A stretch of DNA of 64,000 nt from positions 24,428,001-24,492,000 of the forward strand of contig NC_090352.1 in NCBI RefSeq assembly GCF_035084215.1. Reading direction: 5' to 3'. Source of the DNA: Heptranchias perlo. Its lineage: Eukaryota. Made by a program: the position numbers and the translations under genes. Shown in pieces: positions 60,101 to 64,000 of the stretch. Within the stretch, counting starts at the first letter, position 1; every line of letters begins with the position of its first letter. Below the pieces are notes generated by a model. That model worked only from the letters and a program-made list of their open reading frames with translations, was not told the DNA's origin and searched no databases.

Positions 60101-60790
60101 AGACTTAGGGGACCATGTACATAGATCATTAAAATGTCATGGACAGATACAGAAAATAATCAAAAAGGCTAATGGAATGCTGGCCTTTATATCCAGAGGA
60201 CTAGAATACCCTGGGGCAGAAATTATGCTACTGCTGTACAAAGCCCTGGTTAGACCACACCTGAAGTACTGTGTTTAGTTCTGGGCACCGTACCTTAAGA
60301 AGGATATATTGGCCTTGGGGAGTGCAGCGTAGATTTACTAGAATAAAACCTGGACTCCAAGGGTTAAATTACGAGGAGAGATTACACAAACTAGGGTTGG
60401 ATTCCTTGGAATTTTGAAGATTAAGGGGTGATTTGATCTAAGTATTCAAGGTATTATGGGGAACTGATAGTTTCTCCCTGTCTACCCTATTTCCCCTGGT
60501 TGGGGAGTCAAAGCCTAGGGGACATGACTAAAAATTAGAGTCAGGACTTTCAAGACTGAAGTTAGAAAACACTTCTACACGCAAAGTGTGGTAGAAGTTT
60601 GGAACTCTCTTCCACAAACAGCAGTTGATGCTAGCTCAATTGTTAATTTTAAATCTGAGATTGATAGATTTTTGTTAACCAAAGGTATTAAGGGATATGG
60701 GGCTATGGCGGATATATGGAGTTAGGTCACTGACCTCATTGAATGGCGGAATAGGCTCAAGGGGCTAAATGGCCTACTCCTGTTCCTATT
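57200..60790 (+). mobile_element. Near full-length degenerate CR1 LINE (ORF1 SGNH esterase; ORF2 APE-RT)
   Basis: ORF1 remnants VVIVGDSIIRG, CCLPGARV, VVVHVGTNN and DGLHLN. ORF2 remnants YTNA.SIRNK..EL, AITETWL, MGDFN, SPGPDGFHPRVLKE, QHGF..GRSCLTNL, VPQGSVLGP and LVRPHL. Many frameshifts; tail ggcctactcctgttcctat. Confidence 0.93.
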
Positions 60791-61715
60791 TACTCAGATG
60801 ACATGAATTTCATTGATACCTCCAGATGCATTAGCCTGTTATAACCGAAGACCCTGTGCAACACTACCTGTCTGACCAATGAGGAGGGTCTCTACCAGTA
60901 GCAGGTGTCCGAGTTTTGACTGCTCTATAGTGAGCAGTGAACTTTGATCTAGTATGAAACTGAAATAAATTTCTCTAGGGTAAACATATTAACTCTTTGA
61001 ATACTTTATCATTTACTCAAAATTAATTTTAAAAATGTAACACAGGTTAAATTTTTGGTTCAGACATATTGTTTGAAGAAACATTCAGTGGTTTCCTTTC
61101 TTGTTCGGTTTACCATTAGAACTTAATGTGGGAAATCAAGTTAAGAGACGTTTTGTACTGCTGAGTGTGGAGTAAGTTAAAGGGTTGTTGCATTAGTACC
61201 ATGGATGCTGTTTATGATAAACAGGTCATTAAATGAACATAGTATACTTTCGCGATAGACAGTTTAATGCATAGTTACAGTTAATTGTAGTCAGACCTGC
61301 AGCATTTGGGAATAATTGCTTTTATTTCTCTTATAGTTAATTCTATTGGGTTGTTTTTGCATTAAGAATTCTTATTTTTCTTGCTGCCTCGGTAAATTTT
61401 TGATACCTTAGCAACCTACATTCCAAAAAAAGGAAACTCAATTAGGAAAGGTTATTCTAATTAGGTTCTTACCATAATTAGTATGGATGATCCTATTTAG
61501 CTAATGTTAAACCCCAGTGGTACATTCTGATAATAACTATAAGGTTTTTCTGATGGGATAATTTAAAATGTCCATGTTAAGGGCCCTGACTGAATTAAAC
61601 CGTGTGGAGCATATTACTGGAGAAAAAATCAAATGTAGGGGGATAGTTTTATCTCAAACTTCTTTCTCGAAAAGAAAGTTTGCACAAAGCTGGAAGAAAA
61701 CTTTACTCTTCAGCG

Positions 61716-61867
61716 GAATGATACGGGATGTATATTGTGAATGATACGGCATGTATATTGTGAATGATACGGGATGTATATTGTGAATGATACGGGATGT
61801 ATATTGTGAATGATACGGGATGTATATTGTGAATGATACGGGATGTATATTGTGAATGATACGGGAT
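61716..61867 (+). repeat. Minisatellite, 23-bp unit x ~6.6
   Basis: Unit gaatgatacgggatgtatattgt starts at 61716, 61739, 61762, 61785, 61808, 61831 and 61854 (partial). One substitution in unit 2. Confidence 0.95.
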
Positions 61868-61939
61868 TTATGCTCTGAACATTAACAGTTTGCTGATACC
61901 AAATTACAAGGCAGTAGTACAATGTCATGAACTACAAGA

Positions 61940-62312
61940 TCTTGCCTCCTCTCCTCCTCCTCGTTCCTTCCACCCTCTCCTTTCCCCTTCCCTCCTTCCA
62001 TCCTCTGCTCCCTCCTCTTCTCACCCCTGCATTCCTCCAATATTTTCTCCTCCTCTCCCCTTCTCACTCCATTTACACTCTCCGCACTTCCCTCTCCTCC
62101 CCTCACCCTCCATTTTTATTCTTCCCTTCTCATGCACTGACTCCCCTCCTCTCTTCTCCCCTCCCTCTCCTCATTTCCTCGCCTCCTCCTCACCCTCTCC
62201 CCATGCTGTTACTCCCTTCTCCAATCCTTCTCTCTGCTCCTCACACTCTTCCCTCATTCCCTCCACCCATATGGTCAGTCACCCTACTCCTTCCCTCTCT
62301 TTCCTTATCCTC
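61940..62312 (+). repeat. Low-complexity polypyrimidine (CT-rich) tract
   Basis: About 370 bp almost entirely C/T on the plus strand. Confidence 0.85.
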
Positions 62313-64000
62313 CAGTTACACTCTCTAAATCCACTTGACCTAACTATACTTGGTTTTGTCACTTGTGTGCAATGGCACGAGATTGATCATTAATAAATTA
62401 AATAGCTTACATCTGTACACACTTCCTGTCAACTTTTTCCATTATAAATTCCTATATCTCCATTTATAATGGGAAACTGCCAATGTAAAGTTGACATTTT
62501 GTAATTGCACCATCTCCACCAATGGAGCTGCTGCAGCACTACCACTGGTGGGAGGGTGTAATTACAATCTAACACTTTTACATAGGTGGTTTCCATTATA
62601 AATGCAGGCATAGGAACTTCTAAAGGGAACTGAATTGCATGTGTGAGCCCCCACCCTCTAACCCCTCTTAACTCCCTGTGTGCAATGTCATAGGAGGTCG
62701 ACTAATTATCTAGCGCTCTTCCTTCACACCCCAGCCTACCGATACAAAACAATTTTTTTTTAAAAAGAAAGAAAGCCATTGTCTTGGTGCCTGAATTTTG
62801 CAAGCATTTACAACTGGCCTCTGATTGATCTTAGCGATTATAAAGCAGCTACAATATTTGAATTTGCTTATGTAAAGCAGTGGCCTTAAAGGGGCAGCAC
62901 AATTTAGAAGCCAGCCACAACAATCATTCTCCAGAGCCCAGAATACCCACTGGTGTGTACATCATCTTAAAAACATACTGCAGTGACTGGTAGTAATCCA
63001 ATCATGGCAAGTAAGATGATTAACAACTTGCACGATGAACAATAAGAATAAAAAGTAAAAACTGCAAATGCTGGAAACGAATAAAAGATGAAAATGCATA
63101 AGCAGATCTCTCATGACAGGCTAATGGTGAGTCAGAGGCTACACTGTTGCAAGAAGTGGTTGGAAATAGGTGAGGGGCAAACAGTTAGATATGAACTTAA
63201 AAACTATGATCGCTCACATAAAACAGATTTATTTAAGTAACTGTTTGAACAATCATTGTTTTCAAGTTCTCAGTATAAACAAATGAACAAAAGATAATTG
63301 TAACAATAATTTATTACAATATATAAAGATTCCACTTTGAAATTTGCCATCGTTTAAAGTTTCATTTGTCATGTGTAACATGGTGTAAAAACTCCTTGAA
63401 TATAGTAACTTGGAAATGCACAGCCAGTGCATCAGCATCCATTAGTTCTAGTTACACTTAAAATATTAATCCACCTTTTTTCTTTACAAATGCTGAAAGG
63501 CATGCTGTGAATGTCCTGTTTTTAATCCTGTTGTATCGTGGGTTCTCTGAACTGCACCTACTTTGTAAACCACAGCCATTAATCCAGTACTGTAAGCTCT
63601 GTATAATATTTCTTTAAGATTGAAAAAGATTTAGTTCATATATTTCCTGTGAGGATATTATGCTATAGAACAATAGCATCTCAGTGGGATATATTTTGTT
63701 CCATTCCCTTTTCTCTATGTCTATAAAGCATGTTTTCAAGGTGAGAAATATCAATGCTGAGGAATGGAGCCTACTTCCATAATTAGCTTCTAAGAGATAA
63801 TTTTCCGAGTTAGCCCTACCAGCAGAGAGCCTTGCCTGCTGGCTGTACATATTGCATGGGTACGCTGCCCACAATTTCTTGATGTGCATGGTCAGTAGGC
63901 TTGGCTCCCTTGCCATAACATGGGTTTGAACCATGTACCCTCTAATGCCAGTTTTAAGCACTTCCAGGACAAGTGTGGTAAGGTCCAGTTGCAAAGTATT

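Noticed and set aside
61716-61867. CRISPR-like array
   Set aside because: The units are contiguous with no unique spacers, there are no cas genes and the context is vertebrate. It is a minisatellite.
61890-62393. Pro/Ser/Leu-rich ORFs of 133-167 aa
   Set aside because: Artefacts of the stop-poor polypyrimidine tract.
63614-63994. 126-aa minus-strand ORF at the window edge
   Set aside because: No recognisable domain, a non-ATG start and no clear splice signals.

Overview
Repeat-dense vertebrate genomic DNA, intronic or intergenic, with no intact host protein-coding gene that I can support. The repeat inventory suggests a cartilaginous fish such as a shark (inference). It includes CR1 with an esterase ORF1, L2, Deu-domain-like SINEs, Penelope-like elements, PIF/Harbinger relics, a Tx1 fragment and a Gypsy relic. 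Host-derived pseudogenes are a processed RPL37, a histone H2B and a probable tRNA-Phe relic. The most notable object is a young ~3.3 kb APE-RT non-LTR retrotransposon (36918-40233, with three more copies). It has a tRNA-like Pol III A/B-box head, no ORF1, no AUG before the endonuclease and no TTTT on its sense strand. An 11-bp inverted repeat brackets its ORF, close to where short head+tail SINE relatives in the window are joined. Together these point to a possible Pol III-transcribed, protein-coding LINE/SINE pair. Penelope-like repeats carry minimal hammerhead ribozyme cores with a compensatory stem II change. One of them forms an 84-bp-arm palindrome inside an intron of a Harbinger Myb/SANT gene. 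Family names come from recalled protein motifs and were not checked by any database search.
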